From an uncultured Chloroflexia bacterium (lineage in GTDB: Bacteria > Chloroflexota > Dehalococcoidia > UBA2979), in contig CAVSIV010000006.1 in NCBI GenBank assembly GCA_963728205.1, positions 1,344,001 through 1,408,000 on the forward strand: DNA of 64,000 nucleotides. Reading direction: 5' to 3'. The stretch's first letter is position 1; every line of letters starts with the position of its first letter. The notes under the pieces were generated by a model, which ran no database searches, was not told where the DNA came from, and saw only the letters and a program-made list of their open reading frames with translations. The translations under genes were made by a program, and so were the position numbers. Shown here one piece after another: positions 40,079 to 50,659 of this stretch.

Positions 40079-40933
40079 CTAGATCCCCAGCTGCCGCCGC
40101 ACCGCGAAGTCGAGCACGCGGTCGGGGAGCCAGCGGCGCAGCATCGCTTCGATCTTCGCGTCGCGGCCGACGACGTAGCGGGTCTTCGGACGGCGCGACT
40201 CGAGCGCGTGCGCGACCGCGTCGGCGACGCGCTCGGGCGGGATGCCGGCTCGGCCGAGGCGGTACATCGTCTCGCGCGCGGGGGTCATCTGGGCGTCGTA
40301 GAGGCGGTGCGCCTCCTCGGGGATCTCGGCGAGCACCGCGTCGGCCGTCGCCATGCCCTTGTCCCAGATCGGGGTGGCGATCGTGCCCGGCTCGATCAGC
40401 GCGACGTGCAGCTTCCACGGGTGCAGCTCGACGCGCAGCGCGTCGCTGTACGCCTCGAGCGCGTGCTTCGTCATCGCGTACGGGCCGACGAACGGCGTGG
40501 CGAGCCGCCCGGAGATCGACCCCATATTCACGATGCGGCCGCGTGCCCGGCGCAGCGACGGCATGAACGCCTGGGTCGTGGCGACCAGGCCGATCACGTT
40601 GACCTCGAACTGGTCGCGCAGGCGCTCGCGCGAGAGGAATTCAAGAGGCCCGGGCAGCGCGACGCCGGCGTTGTTGACGAGGCCGGCGAGCCCCGTCTGC
40701 CCGACGGCGCCGGCGACGAGCGCCGCGGCGGCGTCGAGCGATCCCTGGTCGGTGACGTCGATGCGCAGCGGGACGAGCCGCTCGGACGCCGAGGCGCGCA
40801 GGCGCGCGCCGTCCGCGTCGCGGCGCACGCCGGCGAAGACGCGCCAGCCGCGCGCGTCGAGGTGCAGCGCGCACGCCTCGCCGATGCCGGTCGAGGCGCC
40901 GGTGATGACGACGGCCCCACGCGAAGCGCTCAT
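40079..40933 (-). CDS. Short-chain dehydrogenase/reductase
   Basis: TGASTGIG, VNNAG, YAMTK. Confidence 0.93.
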   Translation of the reverse strand: MSASRGAVVITGASTGIGEACALHLDARGWRVFAGVRRDADGARLRASASERLVPLRIDVTDQGSLDAAAALVAGAVGQTGLAGLVNNAGVALPGPLEFLSRERLRDQFEVNVIGLVATTQAFMPSLRRARGRIVNMGSISGRLATPFVGPYAMTKHALEAYSDALRVELHPWKLHVALIEPGTIATPIWDKGMATADAVLAEIPEEAHRLYDAQMTPARETMYRLGRAGIPPERVADAVAHALESRRPKTRYVVGRDAKIEAMLRRWLPDRVLDFAVRRQLGI

Positions 40934-40981
40934 GGGTGGAACTCGCGCGCAGCGCTCATCGGCGGAACCCGCGCGCGGCAA

Positions 40982-41377
40982 TCAATCCGACAGCACCTTG
41001 CGGTGGACGAACCGCCACTGGCCGTCGACCCGGCGCAGGCGGTCCTCGTAGCGGCCGGTCGTGATGATCCCGGCGTCCTTGCCGGTGCGCAGCAGCTGCA
41101 GGTAGCAGCGGTGCGTAGCGCGGTCGGGACCGTCGTCGGCGTCGGCGTCGATCACGTGGTTGTCGTTCCAGTGGCGCGAACCCGGGAGGCGCTCGTGGAA
41201 GGCGGTGGCGAACTGCGCCAGCGCGGCGGAGCCGGCCACGTTGTCGCGCGCGGTCTCGAAGACCCCGTCGGGCGTGAAGGTCGCGGCCCAGGCGTCGGCA
41301 TCGCCGGAGTCGATGGCGTGGTTGTAGCGGGCGGCCAGCTCGAGGATGGCGAGGCGGTCGGCGTCGGTCAGGGGCAT
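40982..41377 (-). CDS. SnoaL/NTF2-like protein
   Basis: DRLAILELAARYNHAID...FTPDGVF...GRYEDRLRRVDGQWRF. Confidence 0.9.
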   Translation of the reverse strand: MPLTDADRLAILELAARYNHAIDSGDADAWAATFTPDGVFETARDNVAGSAALAQFATAFHERLPGSRHWNDNHVIDADADDGPDRATHRCYLQLLRTGKDAGIITTGRYEDRLRRVDGQWRFVHRKVLSD

Positions 41378-41459
41378 GTGCGGGTCCTCTCGGAGCGTCC
41401 GCATTGATAGCACGTTCGCCCGGCGGGGCGGGACCGGCGGTGGTGGCCCGGGAGGGCGA

Positions 41460-41655
41460 CCCACAGCGGCGGCAGACACGCCGCCGACAGCGCGCCGGCG
41501 GCGGCCGGCGGCCCTGGAGCGCCCGGACCGGCACGTCCCGGGCGGCATGTCTGCCGCCGCTCATGGCTGGGGTGCGTGCGCGCGTGTTCGCGCGGGCAGC
41601 CGAACGCGCGGGCGTGTGCCCGCGCTGATCGCGGCGGCGTGTCTGCCGCGCTTAT
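41460..41655. repeat. Three REP family A copies
   Basis: CCCACAGCGGCGGCAGACACGCCGCCGACAG (41460); inverted copies near 41541 and 41632. Confidence 0.8.
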
Positions 41656-42662
41656 GTGGCGACGAGGTGGAGGTGGCCGCGGCGCGGCGCGCTCGCGTCG
41701 ACCGCGCCCCCGTCGAGCACCCGCAACGTCGAGCGCACGCCGGCGTCTTCGACGGGGCAGAGGTAGCCGGATCGCGCGGCCTGCTCGAGCGCGCGCAGCA
41801 GCACGGCCTCGCGGCCGGCGGTGAGCATGTCGTGGGAGTCGCCGCGGCGGACGTCGGCGACGCGCGCGGCCTCGATGGCGAGGAGGTCGCCGTCCTCGAG
41901 CTCCGAGCGCTCGGCGCGGCCGGCACGGTCGGTGAGCGTGAGCGCGCCGCCGCCGTCGGCGGAGACGATCTCGGCGGTCCCGGCGGGCGCCTCGAGCACG
42001 ACGCGCAGCACCCGGGTCGCGGCGGTGCGCGCGGTCAGCGTCGCGACGGCGCCGTCGGCGCAGCGCACCTGCGCGGCGATCGCGGTCGCCTCGGCGAGCC
42101 CGGCGCCGGCGCCGGGGTCGATCGCCGACGCCATCGCCTGCGCGGGCGCGTCGGGGAGCAGCCGCACGGCGAGCGCCGCGGCCTCGCGCAACGCCGCGAC
42201 GGCGGAGGCGGGCCGGGCGACGTCGACCGCGAGGAAGCGTGGCCGCCACGCGGCGTCGGAGGCGACGAGCGCGGCGAGGAACGCCGGAGCGGCCGCCTGC
42301 AGCGACGGCCGCAGCACCGCGAGCGCGACGTCGTGCCGCCGCGCGGCGCCCACGGCGCTCATGAGCGCGGAGCCGTCCATCGCGTCGCCGTCGAGCAGCA
42401 GGTCGGCCCCGCGCCGCGCCGCGACCTCCGCCAGCTCGTCGGCCTGCGTCGCGTCCGTGACGAGCACGGCGTCGACGTCGACCGCGCGCAGCATCTCGAG
42501 GAGGTGCTGGTAGCAGGCGAGCCCGGTGGCGGTGCGGGCGCGGACGAGTCGCGCTGCCTGGCGGTCGCCCACGGCGACGGGGGCCAGGCGGGCGCCGAGC
42601 CGCAGCGCGTGGAGCACGTCCGCGATCTCGTCGTCCCAGCCGCACACGGCAAGTCGTTCCAT
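41652..42662 (-). CDS. Degenerate Gfo/Idh/MocA-like oxidoreductase-fold protein
   Basis: VAVGDRQ...CYQHLLEMLRAVDVDAVLV; lacks the canonical GxGxxG and EKP motifs. Confidence 0.55.
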   Translation of the reverse strand: MERLAVCGWDDEIADVLHALRLGARLAPVAVGDRQAARLVRARTATGLACYQHLLEMLRAVDVDAVLVTDATQADELAEVAARRGADLLLDGDAMDGSALMSAVGAARRHDVALAVLRPSLQAAAPAFLAALVASDAAWRPRFLAVDVARPASAVAALREAAALAVRLLPDAPAQAMASAIDPGAGAGLAEATAIAAQVRCADGAVATLTARTAATRVLRVVLEAPAGTAEIVSADGGGALTLTDRAGRAERSELEDGDLLAIEAARVADVRRGDSHDMLTAGREAVLLRALEQAARSGYLCPVEDAGVRSTLRVLDGGAVDASAPRRGHLHLVAT

Positions 42663-42811
42663 TGGCAGCGAGCGTACGTGCGCGCCCGCGCCGAGGCGTC
42701 GGGAGAAGGGCTGAGACGCCCCGGGGGAACCCCTGACATCCGGTCGCCGACCTTCGGGGATTCCCCGACCGGGAATAGGGACCGCCACTGACGCCTCGGC
42801 GCCTGGCGCGT

Positions 42812-42839
42812 CTGAGCCGCCACCGGGGGCCGTCGATGA
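42812..42839 (+). promoter_or_regulatory. sigma-28 (FliA)-type promoter
   Basis: TGAG-N15-GTCGATGA upstream of flagellin 1. Confidence 0.55.
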
Positions 42840-42922
42840 TTCCTGCAGCCCGCCCGACCGGGGGCTCAGCGGGAGCCCGACAGGGATGTCGAGCGCAGAA
42901 GGCGAAGGAGGCCTGACCAACC

Positions 42923-44104
42923 ATGAGCATGATTATCAATACGAACGTCATGGCAATGAATGCCCAGCGCAACCTCAACATCACCTCGATGAAGATGGGG
43001 AAGGCGCTGGAGCAGCTGTCGAGCGGCCTGCGGATCAATCGCGCCGCCGACGATGCGGCCGGCCTCGCCATCAGCGAGAAGATGCGCGCGCAGGTGGGCG
43101 GCATGCAGCAGGGCCTGCGCAACGCGCAGGACGGCGTGTCGATGATCCAGACCGCTGAAGGGGCGCTGTCGGAGACGACCGCGATCCTCCAGCGCATGCG
43201 CGAGCTGACCACCCAGGCGTCGTCCTCGACGCTGTCGACGTCGGACCGGCAGGCGATCGGCGACGAGCTGCTCTCGCTGAAGAACGAGATCGACAACATC
43301 GCCACCCGTACCCGGTTCAACGGGCTGAACCTGCTGACGGGCGATCTGTCGGTGACGACGGCGAGCACGATCCCGAACATCACGGGTGCCTCGACCGGCG
43401 TCGTCTCGACGGCCATCGACGTCGCCGGCGGGACCGCCGGCACGACGTACACGCTGTCGGCGAGCGGCAACGACATCACGCTGACGAACGGCACGACGAA
43501 CGTCGCGCAGACGATCACGCTGTCTGCGATGTCGACGGCGAACGGCGCGCAGTCGGTGAACTTCGACGCGCTGGGCGTGAAGCTGACGCTGACGCACGAC
43601 AACACGGCGAACGCAGTGACGGCGGCGGAGCTCGCGACCGGCCTCGACACGAAGACGATCGTGACTGCCACCGCGAGCGGCAGCGCGACGTACCGGGTCG
43701 GCTCGGAGACCGGTGACAACGTCACGGTCGCCTACGGCGACATGCGGGCGACGGCGCTGGGCACCGGCACCAGCTTCTACCTCAGCGACCTCGTCACCGA
43801 CAACAACGCAGTGTCCGACACAAGCAAGGCGGACACACTGCTGACGGCGATCGACGACGCGATCAACCAGGTGTCGACGCAGCGCGCCCAGCTCGGCGCG
43901 GCGCAGAACCAGATGGAGTCGGCGATCAACTCGCTCGGGGTCTCGGTGGAGAACCTGAGCGCGTCGGAGTCGCGCATCCGCGACGCGGACATCGCGCAGG
44001 TGTCGTCGGAGCTGGTGACGCGGCAGATCATGCAGCAGGCCGGCGTGGCGGTGCTCGCGCAGGCGAACTCCGCCCCGCAGGCGGTGCTGAAGCTGCTCCA
44101 GTAA
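42923..44104 (+). CDS. fliC: Flagellin 1
   Basis: INTNVMA...LSSGLRINRAADDAAGLAISEKMRAQ...ESRIRDADIA...AQAN. Confidence 0.97.
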   Translation: MSMIINTNVMAMNAQRNLNITSMKMGKALEQLSSGLRINRAADDAAGLAISEKMRAQVGGMQQGLRNAQDGVSMIQTAEGALSETTAILQRMRELTTQASSSTLSTSDRQAIGDELLSLKNEIDNIATRTRFNGLNLLTGDLSVTTASTIPNITGASTGVVSTAIDVAGGTAGTTYTLSASGNDITLTNGTTNVAQTITLSAMSTANGAQSVNFDALGVKLTLTHDNTANAVTAAELATGLDTKTIVTATASGSATYRVGSETGDNVTVAYGDMRATALGTGTSFYLSDLVTDNNAVSDTSKADTLLTAIDDAINQVSTQRAQLGAAQNQMESAINSLGVSVENLSASESRIRDADIAQVSSELVTRQIMQQAGVAVLAQANSAPQAVLKLLQ

Positions 44105-44144
44105 CCCCCCAGCCCGGTCAGCCTCCCCCGGTCCGGGAGGCACG

Positions 44145-44174
44145 CGAGGCCCCCGTCATGTGACGGGGGCCTCG
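44145..44174 (+). terminator. Hairpin terminator after flagellin 1
   Basis: CGAGGCCCCCGTCA-TG-TGACGGGGGCCTCG. Confidence 0.65.
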
Positions 44175-44284
44175 TCGTATCTCATGAACGCGCCGCCCGG
44201 CGCCGGGGTCGCGCGGCGCGATCAGGCGTGCCGCGCGTGCTCAGGGCGGCCCTGCGCGCCCGCGGAAGAAATCGGGGAAAACCC

Positions 44285-44311
44285 TTAAGGGGCCGCTCTC
44301 GTCGCCGATGA
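44285..44311 (+). promoter_or_regulatory. sigma-28 promoter
   Basis: TTAA-N15-GCCGATGA. Confidence 0.75.
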
Positions 44312-44408
44312 TCGCGGCAAGGATCCCGGGTCGCGACGGGATTCGGCACGCTTCTGGCCGACAGGATGTCGGCAGCAGGAATGTTCGGCGAAGGAGGCCG
44401 GATACACC

Positions 44409-45590
44409 ATGAGCATGATCATCAACACCAACATCATGGCGATGAACGCTCAGCGAAACCTGAGCATCACGTCGTCGAAGATGGGGAAGGCGCTGGAGCA
44501 GCTCTCCAGCGGCCTGCGCATCAACCGCGCGGCGGACGACGCGGCGGGGCTCGCGATCAGCGAGAAGATGCGAGCGCAGGTCAACGGCATGCAGCAGGGC
44601 CTGCGCAACGCGCAGGACGGCGTGTCGATGATCCAGACCGCTGAAGGCGCGCTGTCGGAGACGACGGCGATCCTGCAGCGCATGCGCGAGCTGACGGTGC
44701 AGGCGGGCTCGACGACGCTGTCGACGTCGGACCGGCAGGCGATCGGCGACGAGCTGGTCTCGCTGAAGAACGAGATCGACAACATCGCGACGCGCACGCG
44801 GTTCAACGGGCTGAACCTGCTGACCGGCGACCTGTCGGTGTCGACGTCGAGCACGATCGCGGACATCACGGGCGCGTCCACCGGCGTGGTGTCGACGGCG
44901 ATCGACGTGACGAACGCGCAGGCGGGGACGACGTACACGCTGTCGGCGTCGGGCAGCGACATCACGCTGACGAACGGGACGACGAACGTCGCGCAGACGA
45001 TCACGCTGGCGGCGATGTCGACGGCGGACGGCGTGCAGTCGGTGAACTTCGACGCGCTGGGCGTGAAGCTGACGCTGACGCACGACAACACGGCGAACGC
45101 GGTGACGGCGGCGGAGCTGGCCACCGGTCTCGACACGAAGACGGTGGTGACGGCGGCGGCGAGCGGGAACGCGAGCTACCGGGTCGGCTCGGAGACCGGA
45201 GACAACGTGACGGTGGCGTACGGCGACATGCGGTCGACGGCGCTGGGCACCGGCACGGGCCAGTACCTCAACAACCTGGTGACCGACAACAACGCGGTCT
45301 CCTCGACGGCGCTGGCGAGCACACTCCAGACGTCGATCGACGACGCGATCAACCAGGTGTCGACGCAGCGGGCCCAGCTCGGTGCGTCGCAAAACCAGAT
45401 GGAGTCGGCGATCAACTCGCTCGGGGTCTCGGTGGAGAACCTGAGCGCGTCGGAGTCGCGCATCCGCGACGCGGACATCGCGCAGGTGTCCTCGGAGCTG
45501 GTGACGCGGCAGATCATGCAGCAGGCCGGCGTCGCGGTGCTCGCGCAGGCGAACTCGGCTCCGCAGGCGGTGCTGAAGCTGCTCGGCTAA
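44409..45590 (+). CDS. fliC: Flagellin 2
   Basis: 393 aa with conserved N- and C-terminal flagellin domains. Confidence 0.97.
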   Translation: MSMIINTNIMAMNAQRNLSITSSKMGKALEQLSSGLRINRAADDAAGLAISEKMRAQVNGMQQGLRNAQDGVSMIQTAEGALSETTAILQRMRELTVQAGSTTLSTSDRQAIGDELVSLKNEIDNIATRTRFNGLNLLTGDLSVSTSSTIADITGASTGVVSTAIDVTNAQAGTTYTLSASGSDITLTNGTTNVAQTITLAAMSTADGVQSVNFDALGVKLTLTHDNTANAVTAAELATGLDTKTVVTAAASGNASYRVGSETGDNVTVAYGDMRSTALGTGTGQYLNNLVTDNNAVSSTALASTLQTSIDDAINQVSTQRAQLGASQNQMESAINSLGVSVENLSASESRIRDADIAQVSSELVTRQIMQQAGVAVLAQANSAPQAVLKLLG

Positions 45591-45614
45591 CGCGGGCGGC
45601 GAGCTTCCGGGCTC

Positions 45615-45652
45615 AAGAGGGGCCCCCTTCCCAGGAAGGGGGCCCCTCTTTG
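45615..45652 (+). terminator. Intrinsic terminator
   Basis: AAGAGGGGCCCCCTTCC-CA-GGAAGGGGGCCCCTCTT followed by T. Confidence 0.75.
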
Positions 45653-45758
45653 TCTGGCGCAGGGCGCCCATGGGAGGTGGTCGTCTCGGCGGAGAACCCC
45701 TATGCGAGCCCATCGCGCGCCCTAGGCAGCAACGCCCGATCTGCACCGGGGATGCCCC

Positions 45759-45785
45759 TAAGGAACATCCCTGCCCCGCCGATGA
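45759..45785 (+). promoter_or_regulatory. sigma-28 promoter
   Basis: TAAG-N15-GCCGATGA. Confidence 0.8.
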
Positions 45786-45881
45786 TTCACCTGTAGCCCT
45801 GAACGTGTCGCGACACTCGAGACGGGCAACACGACCGGCAGGACGCCGGCGCAACACGGCGAAGGAGGCCGAAGACCCACC

Positions 45882-47064
45882 ATGAGCATGATCATCAACA
45901 CCAACGTCATGGCGATGAACGCTCAGCGAAACCTGAGCATCACGTCGTCGAAGATGGGGAAGGCGCTGGAGCAGCTCTCCAGCGGCCTGCGCATCAACCG
46001 CGCGGCGGACGACGCGGCGGGGCTCGCGATCAGCGAGAAGATGCGAGCGCAGGTCAACGGCATGCAGCAGGGCCTGCGCAACGCGCAGGACGGCGTGTCG
46101 ATGATCCAGACCGCTGAAGGCGCGCTGTCGGAGACGACGGCGATCCTGCAGCGCATGCGCGAGCTGACGGTGCAGGCGGGCTCGACGACGCTGTCGACGT
46201 CGGACCGGCAGGCGATCGGCGACGAGCTGGTCTCGCTGAAGAACGAGATCGACAACATCGCGACGCGCACGCGGTTCAACGGTCTGAACCTGCTGACCGG
46301 CGACCTGTCGGTGAGCACGGCGAGCACGATCGCGGACATCACGGGCGCGTCCACCGGTGTGGTGTCGACGGCGATCGACGTGACGAACGCGCAGGCGGGG
46401 ACGACGTACACGCTGTCGGCGTCGGGCAACGACATCACGCTGACGAACGGGACGACGAACGTCGCGCAGACGATCACGCTGGCGGCGATGTCGACGGCGG
46501 ACGGCGTGCAGTCGGTGAACTTCGACGCGCTGGGCGTGAAGCTGACGCTGACGCACGACAACACGGCGAACGCGGTGACGGCGGCGGAGCTGGCCACCGG
46601 TCTCGACACGAAGACGGTGGTGACGGCGGCGGCGAGCGGGAACGCGAGCTACCGGGTCGGCTCGGAGACCGGCGACAACGTGACGGTGGCGTACGGCGAC
46701 ATGCGGTCGACGGCGCTGGGCACCGGCACGGGCCAGTACCTCAACGACCTGGTGACCGACAACAACGCGGTGTCGACGACGGCGCTGTCCAGCACGCTGC
46801 AGACGGCGATCGACGACGCGATCAACGAGGTGTCGACGCAGCGGGCGAAGCTCGGCGCGTCGCAGAACCAGATGGAGTCGGCGATCAACTCGCTCGGGGT
46901 CTCGGTGGAGAACCTGAGCGCGTCGGAGTCGCGCATCCGCGACGCGGACATCGCGCAGGTGTCGTCGGAGCTGGTGACGCGGCAGATCATGCAGCAGGCC
47001 GGCGTGGCGGTGCTCGCTCAGGCGAACTCGCGCCCCGCAGGCGGTGCTGAAGCTGCTCGGCTAA
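45882..47064 (+). CDS. fliC: Flagellin 3; 1-bp insertion near 47030
   Basis: Nearly identical to flagellin 2; PQAVLKLLG* lies in the shifted frame. Confidence 0.95.
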
Positions 47065-47091
47065 TCCCGGCGGCGAGCTTCGTGGCTTACG

Positions 47092-47127
47092 AGCGGGCCC
47101 CCTTCGCAGGAAGGGGGCCCGTTTCTT
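47092..47127 (+). terminator. Intrinsic terminator homologous to 45615
   Basis: CGGGCCCCCTTC-GCAG-GAAGGGGGCCCG-TTTCTT. Confidence 0.75.
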
Positions 47128-47158
47128 GTCCGGCGCCGGGAAGAAGAACGCGGACTGC

Positions 47159-48157
47159 CTATGCGGCGAACGGAAGCATTCGCGCGCGGTCGGGCGCGAG
47201 CAGTGCGTCGAGGTCCGGGCGCGTCGCGGGCGGGATACCGGCGACGCCGACGTCGGCGGCGGCCATGCCACTCGCCGCGAAGAGCGCGTCTGCGCGCTCG
47301 AGCGCCTCGTCGAGCAGGAGGCGGTACACCGCGCGGTCGCCCTCGGGGTCGTCCTCCGCGCGCCACTGGTCCGGGAACGCGGCTTCGACCCGTGCGCTGG
47401 CCTCCGGCACGTACATCGCGGCCCACAGCTCCATGCGCTCGTGCTCCGGCAGCGGCAGCGCGCGGTACGCAGGGCTCGCGGGGCCCGCGAGGCCGCGTCC
47501 GTGGAGGTAGCGGATCATCGCGCGAAAGGCGTCGTCGGCCTGCCAGTAGGGCTCGATGTCGTTCTCCGCGAGCACGGCGAGCGGGGTCGTCTCACTCGAG
47601 AGCGCGCAGGTGCCGCAGCGATGCACCTCCACGACGGCCAGCTCTCCGGCGGGCCCGGCCGGGTCGCGCTGGAATGGGAAGCCGCGACACACCTCGGGTC
47701 GGTGCCGGTGCGCGGCGCACAGCCCCGCCACGCGCCACTCCCCGCTCGACGTGGAGGTGGCGGCACGCTGCAGCGCGGCGGGCAGCCCGGCGAACCGCTC
47801 GGGATCCTCGTCGCGAATCCGGCGCGCGTCGACGTTGGTGAGCTCCTCGTAGAAGACGCAGGCCCGGCGCGTGCCCTCGTAGGCCACGTGCGCGAGTCGG
47901 CCCACGAGTGCGCCGTCGGCGTTCCACCGGAAGGTGACGGTCTCGTCGTTGATGATCTCGCGGGCGGACTTCCGCACCGCATGTCGCAGCCGCACGAGGT
48001 CGTATGGCTTCACGAGGATCCACTTGTCGACGCAGCAGTTCCACCCGCGTCCGCTGCAGCTCCAGCGGATCGAGGCGTCGGGTGCGACCGGCCGCCCGGG
48101 CAGGTCGCGCGAGCCGAGCCCGGGGCTCGAGGGCGAGGCAAGCGGTGCTCGTGTCAT
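47159..48157 (-). CDS. YkgJ/FliB-like cysteine-cluster protein
   Basis: WSCSGRGWNCC, CVFY, CAAHRHRPEVCRGFPF, CGTC. Confidence 0.75.
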   Translation of the reverse strand: MTRAPLASPSSPGLGSRDLPGRPVAPDASIRWSCSGRGWNCCVDKWILVKPYDLVRLRHAVRKSAREIINDETVTFRWNADGALVGRLAHVAYEGTRRACVFYEELTNVDARRIRDEDPERFAGLPAALQRAATSTSSGEWRVAGLCAAHRHRPEVCRGFPFQRDPAGPAGELAVVEVHRCGTCALSSETTPLAVLAENDIEPYWQADDAFRAMIRYLHGRGLAGPASPAYRALPLPEHERMELWAAMYVPEASARVEAAFPDQWRAEDDPEGDRAVYRLLLDEALERADALFAASGMAAADVGVAGIPPATRPDLDALLAPDRARMLPFAA

Positions 48158-48272
48158 GCCTGCGATGCTGGCGCAGCCGCGCCGTCGCGTACATCGGGGA
48201 GAGTCCCGATGGGGGCCCGGACGGTGAGCCGAACCTCCGCGGACAGGGACGGCGCGCATGCCGCCGCAGGCG

Positions 48273-49674
48273 CTACGCCAGGTGCGAGAATCAGCAGCGT
48301 CGCGAGGCCGAGGTAGATGAGGAACCCCATCACGTCGGTCGTCGTCGTCAGCCAGATGCCGCTCGACAGCGCCGGGTCCTGCCCGAGCCGCTGCAGTCCC
48401 ATCGGGATCAGGGTGCCGAAGAACGCGCCGACCAGGACGTCACCCGTCATCGCGACGCCGACCAGCACCCCGAGCCACGCGTTCCCCTGCCACGCCAGCG
48501 CGACGAGGCCGACCATCAATCCCGTCGATGCGCCGACCACGAGGCCGGTGAGCAACTCGTGGCCGAGCACGCGCGCCACCTCGCTCGGCGAGACGCGCCC
48601 CAGCGCCAGCGACCGCACGACGACGGTGGTCGTCTGGATGCCGGCGTTGCCGCCCTGCCCGGCGATCACCGGCAGGAACGCCGCGAGCACCACGGCCTGT
48701 CCCAGCGTGCCCTGGAAGAGCGACACCACGTATCCCGCGAGCAGCGCCGTGATCAGGTTCACCGACAGCCACGGCAGCCGGTAGCGAATCGACCGACGGA
48801 CGTCGCGGAGGTCCTCCTCCTCGTTCACGCCGACCATGCGGAACATGTCCTCGGTCGCCTCGTCCTCGAGCACGTCGAGGAGGTCGTCGGCGGTGACGGT
48901 CCCGAGCAGGTGGCCGAGCGAGTCGACGACGGGCAGCGCGAGCAGCTTGTACTGCTTGAGCAGGCGCGCGGCCTCTTCCTGGTCGGCGTCGGCCTGCACG
49001 GTGACGAGGTCGGTCTGCATGAGGTCGCTGACGTCGGTGTCGGGCGGCGCGCTGATCAGGGCGCGAAAGTTGATGACGCCGTTGAGGCGGCGGCGGGCGT
49101 CGGTCACGTAGAGGTAGAACGGCTGCGACGCGTTCGGCCGCTGCCCGCGCACGAGGTCGATGGTCTGCTCGGCGGTGAAGTGGGGGCGCACGGTGACCAC
49201 CTGGCCGGTCATGCGGCCGCCGGCGGTGTTCTCGTCGTGGGTCAGCAGCCGCTCGATGGCCCGACGCCGCTCGAGCGGGATCGCCGCCAGCACCGCCTCC
49301 GCGGCTTCCGGCTCGAGGTCCTGGACGATGTCGGTCGCGACGTCGTCGGCGACGGCGCTCAGCACCTTGCCGGCGGTCTCCGACGGCAGGTCGCGCAGCA
49401 GGGCACCGCGGAAGTGCGGCTCGACGTAGTAGATGGCGTCGGCGGCGGACTCGGAGTCGAGCGCCGAGAGCAGGATGGCGCGCTCGTCGTCGGTGAGCGC
49501 CTCGAGGGCGTCGGCGAGCTCCGCGGGGTGCAGGCCGAGCGCGAGCTCGAGCGCGCCGCCCAGGTCGCCGCCGTCGAGCAGCGCATGGAGGCGGTCGCGG
49601 GGCGACAGCTCCTCCTCGCGTTCGCGCTCCTCGGCGGGCGCGATGCTCTCCGGGTCGGCGGACGGCTGCGTCAT
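48273..49674 (-). CDS. mgtE: Magnesium transporter MgtE; probable 1-bp error near the C-terminus
   Basis: CBS pair, RLPWLSVNL, GGNAGIQ, DPALSSG, TTTTD. Confidence 0.93.
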
Positions 49675-49857
49675 GGGCGGCTCCCGTCGCGCGCGAACGT
49701 TCCCGCGCGGACACGAGAGTAGCGAACGCGGGCCCAACGGACCGGGAGCGCCGCCCGCGCCCGCCCCGTTGCGCGCTCGAGACCGCTCCCGGCGACGCGG
49801 CGCCCCGCTCACGCGCCGCTATACTCGCGCCGCCGCCGCACCGAGAGGAGACGCCCC

Positions 49858-50535
49858 ATGCCCACCGTCACCGCGAACGGCATCGAGCAGCACTACGAGC
49901 TCACGGGCGAGGGCCCGCACACCATCGCGTGGATCCACGGCATCGGCGGCTCGCTCAACTACTGGCGCGACGACCTGCCGAAGTTCCCGGGCTTCCGCCA
50001 CCTCACCTACGACGTGCGCGGCATGGGCGAGTCCGCCGGCACGGACGGGCCCGTCTCGCTCGAGACATGGGCGAGCGACCTGGCGGCGCTGATGGACGCG
50101 CTCGGCATCGAGCGGGCCATCGTCGCCGGCTCCTCGATGGGCGGTGCGATCGCCCAGCGCTTCGGCATCGACTTCCCCGCGAAGACCGAGGGCCTGCTGC
50201 TGCTCTCGACGTCGAGCCGCGTCGGCGCGGCCGCCGAGGCGTCGTGGATGCAACGCGCCGACGAAACCGAGCGCAACGGCCAGCCGTGGCTCGCCGCCGC
50301 CCAGCGCGCCGTGGCCGCCTACAACATGGACGAGGCGCTCAAGGGCATCCGCGTGCCGACGCTCGTGCTCGTCGGCGATGCCGACCCGACGACGCCGCCG
50401 GGCGGCTCGGTGATCATCTCGCGCTGCATCCCGGGCGCCGAGCTCGAGATCTACCCCGGCATCGGCCACGCGCCGTTCCACGAGGAGCCGAAGTCGGTCG
50501 AGCGCGCGCAGCGCTGGCTGGCGCAGTTCCGCTGA
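49858..50535 (+). CDS. Alpha/beta hydrolase
   Basis: YDVRGMGES, GSSMGG, D and H catalytic positions (GIGH). Confidence 0.9.
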   Translation: MPTVTANGIEQHYELTGEGPHTIAWIHGIGGSLNYWRDDLPKFPGFRHLTYDVRGMGESAGTDGPVSLETWASDLAALMDALGIERAIVAGSSMGGAIAQRFGIDFPAKTEGLLLLSTSSRVGAAAEASWMQRADETERNGQPWLAAAQRAVAAYNMDEALKGIRVPTLVLVGDADPTTPPGGSVIISRCIPGAELEIYPGIGHAPFHEEPKSVERAQRWLAQFR

Positions 50536-50659
50536 ATGGGCCGCCGACCGTGCCGGCGCCCTTCCTGCACCGCTGTTCCGGCCGGCCGCCGGCCCTGCCC
50601 GTCGCCCCGAACACGCGTGTTACGATTCGGCCCGGCAGCCCGTCTCGAGGGGTGGAGAC

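Noticed and set aside
47030-47510. C-terminally extended flagellins (also 55380-55700) and altered FliF/MgtE ends
   Set aside because: The canonical C-termini are present one base out of frame; most likely sequencing indels, with no slippery-site evidence for programmed frameshifting
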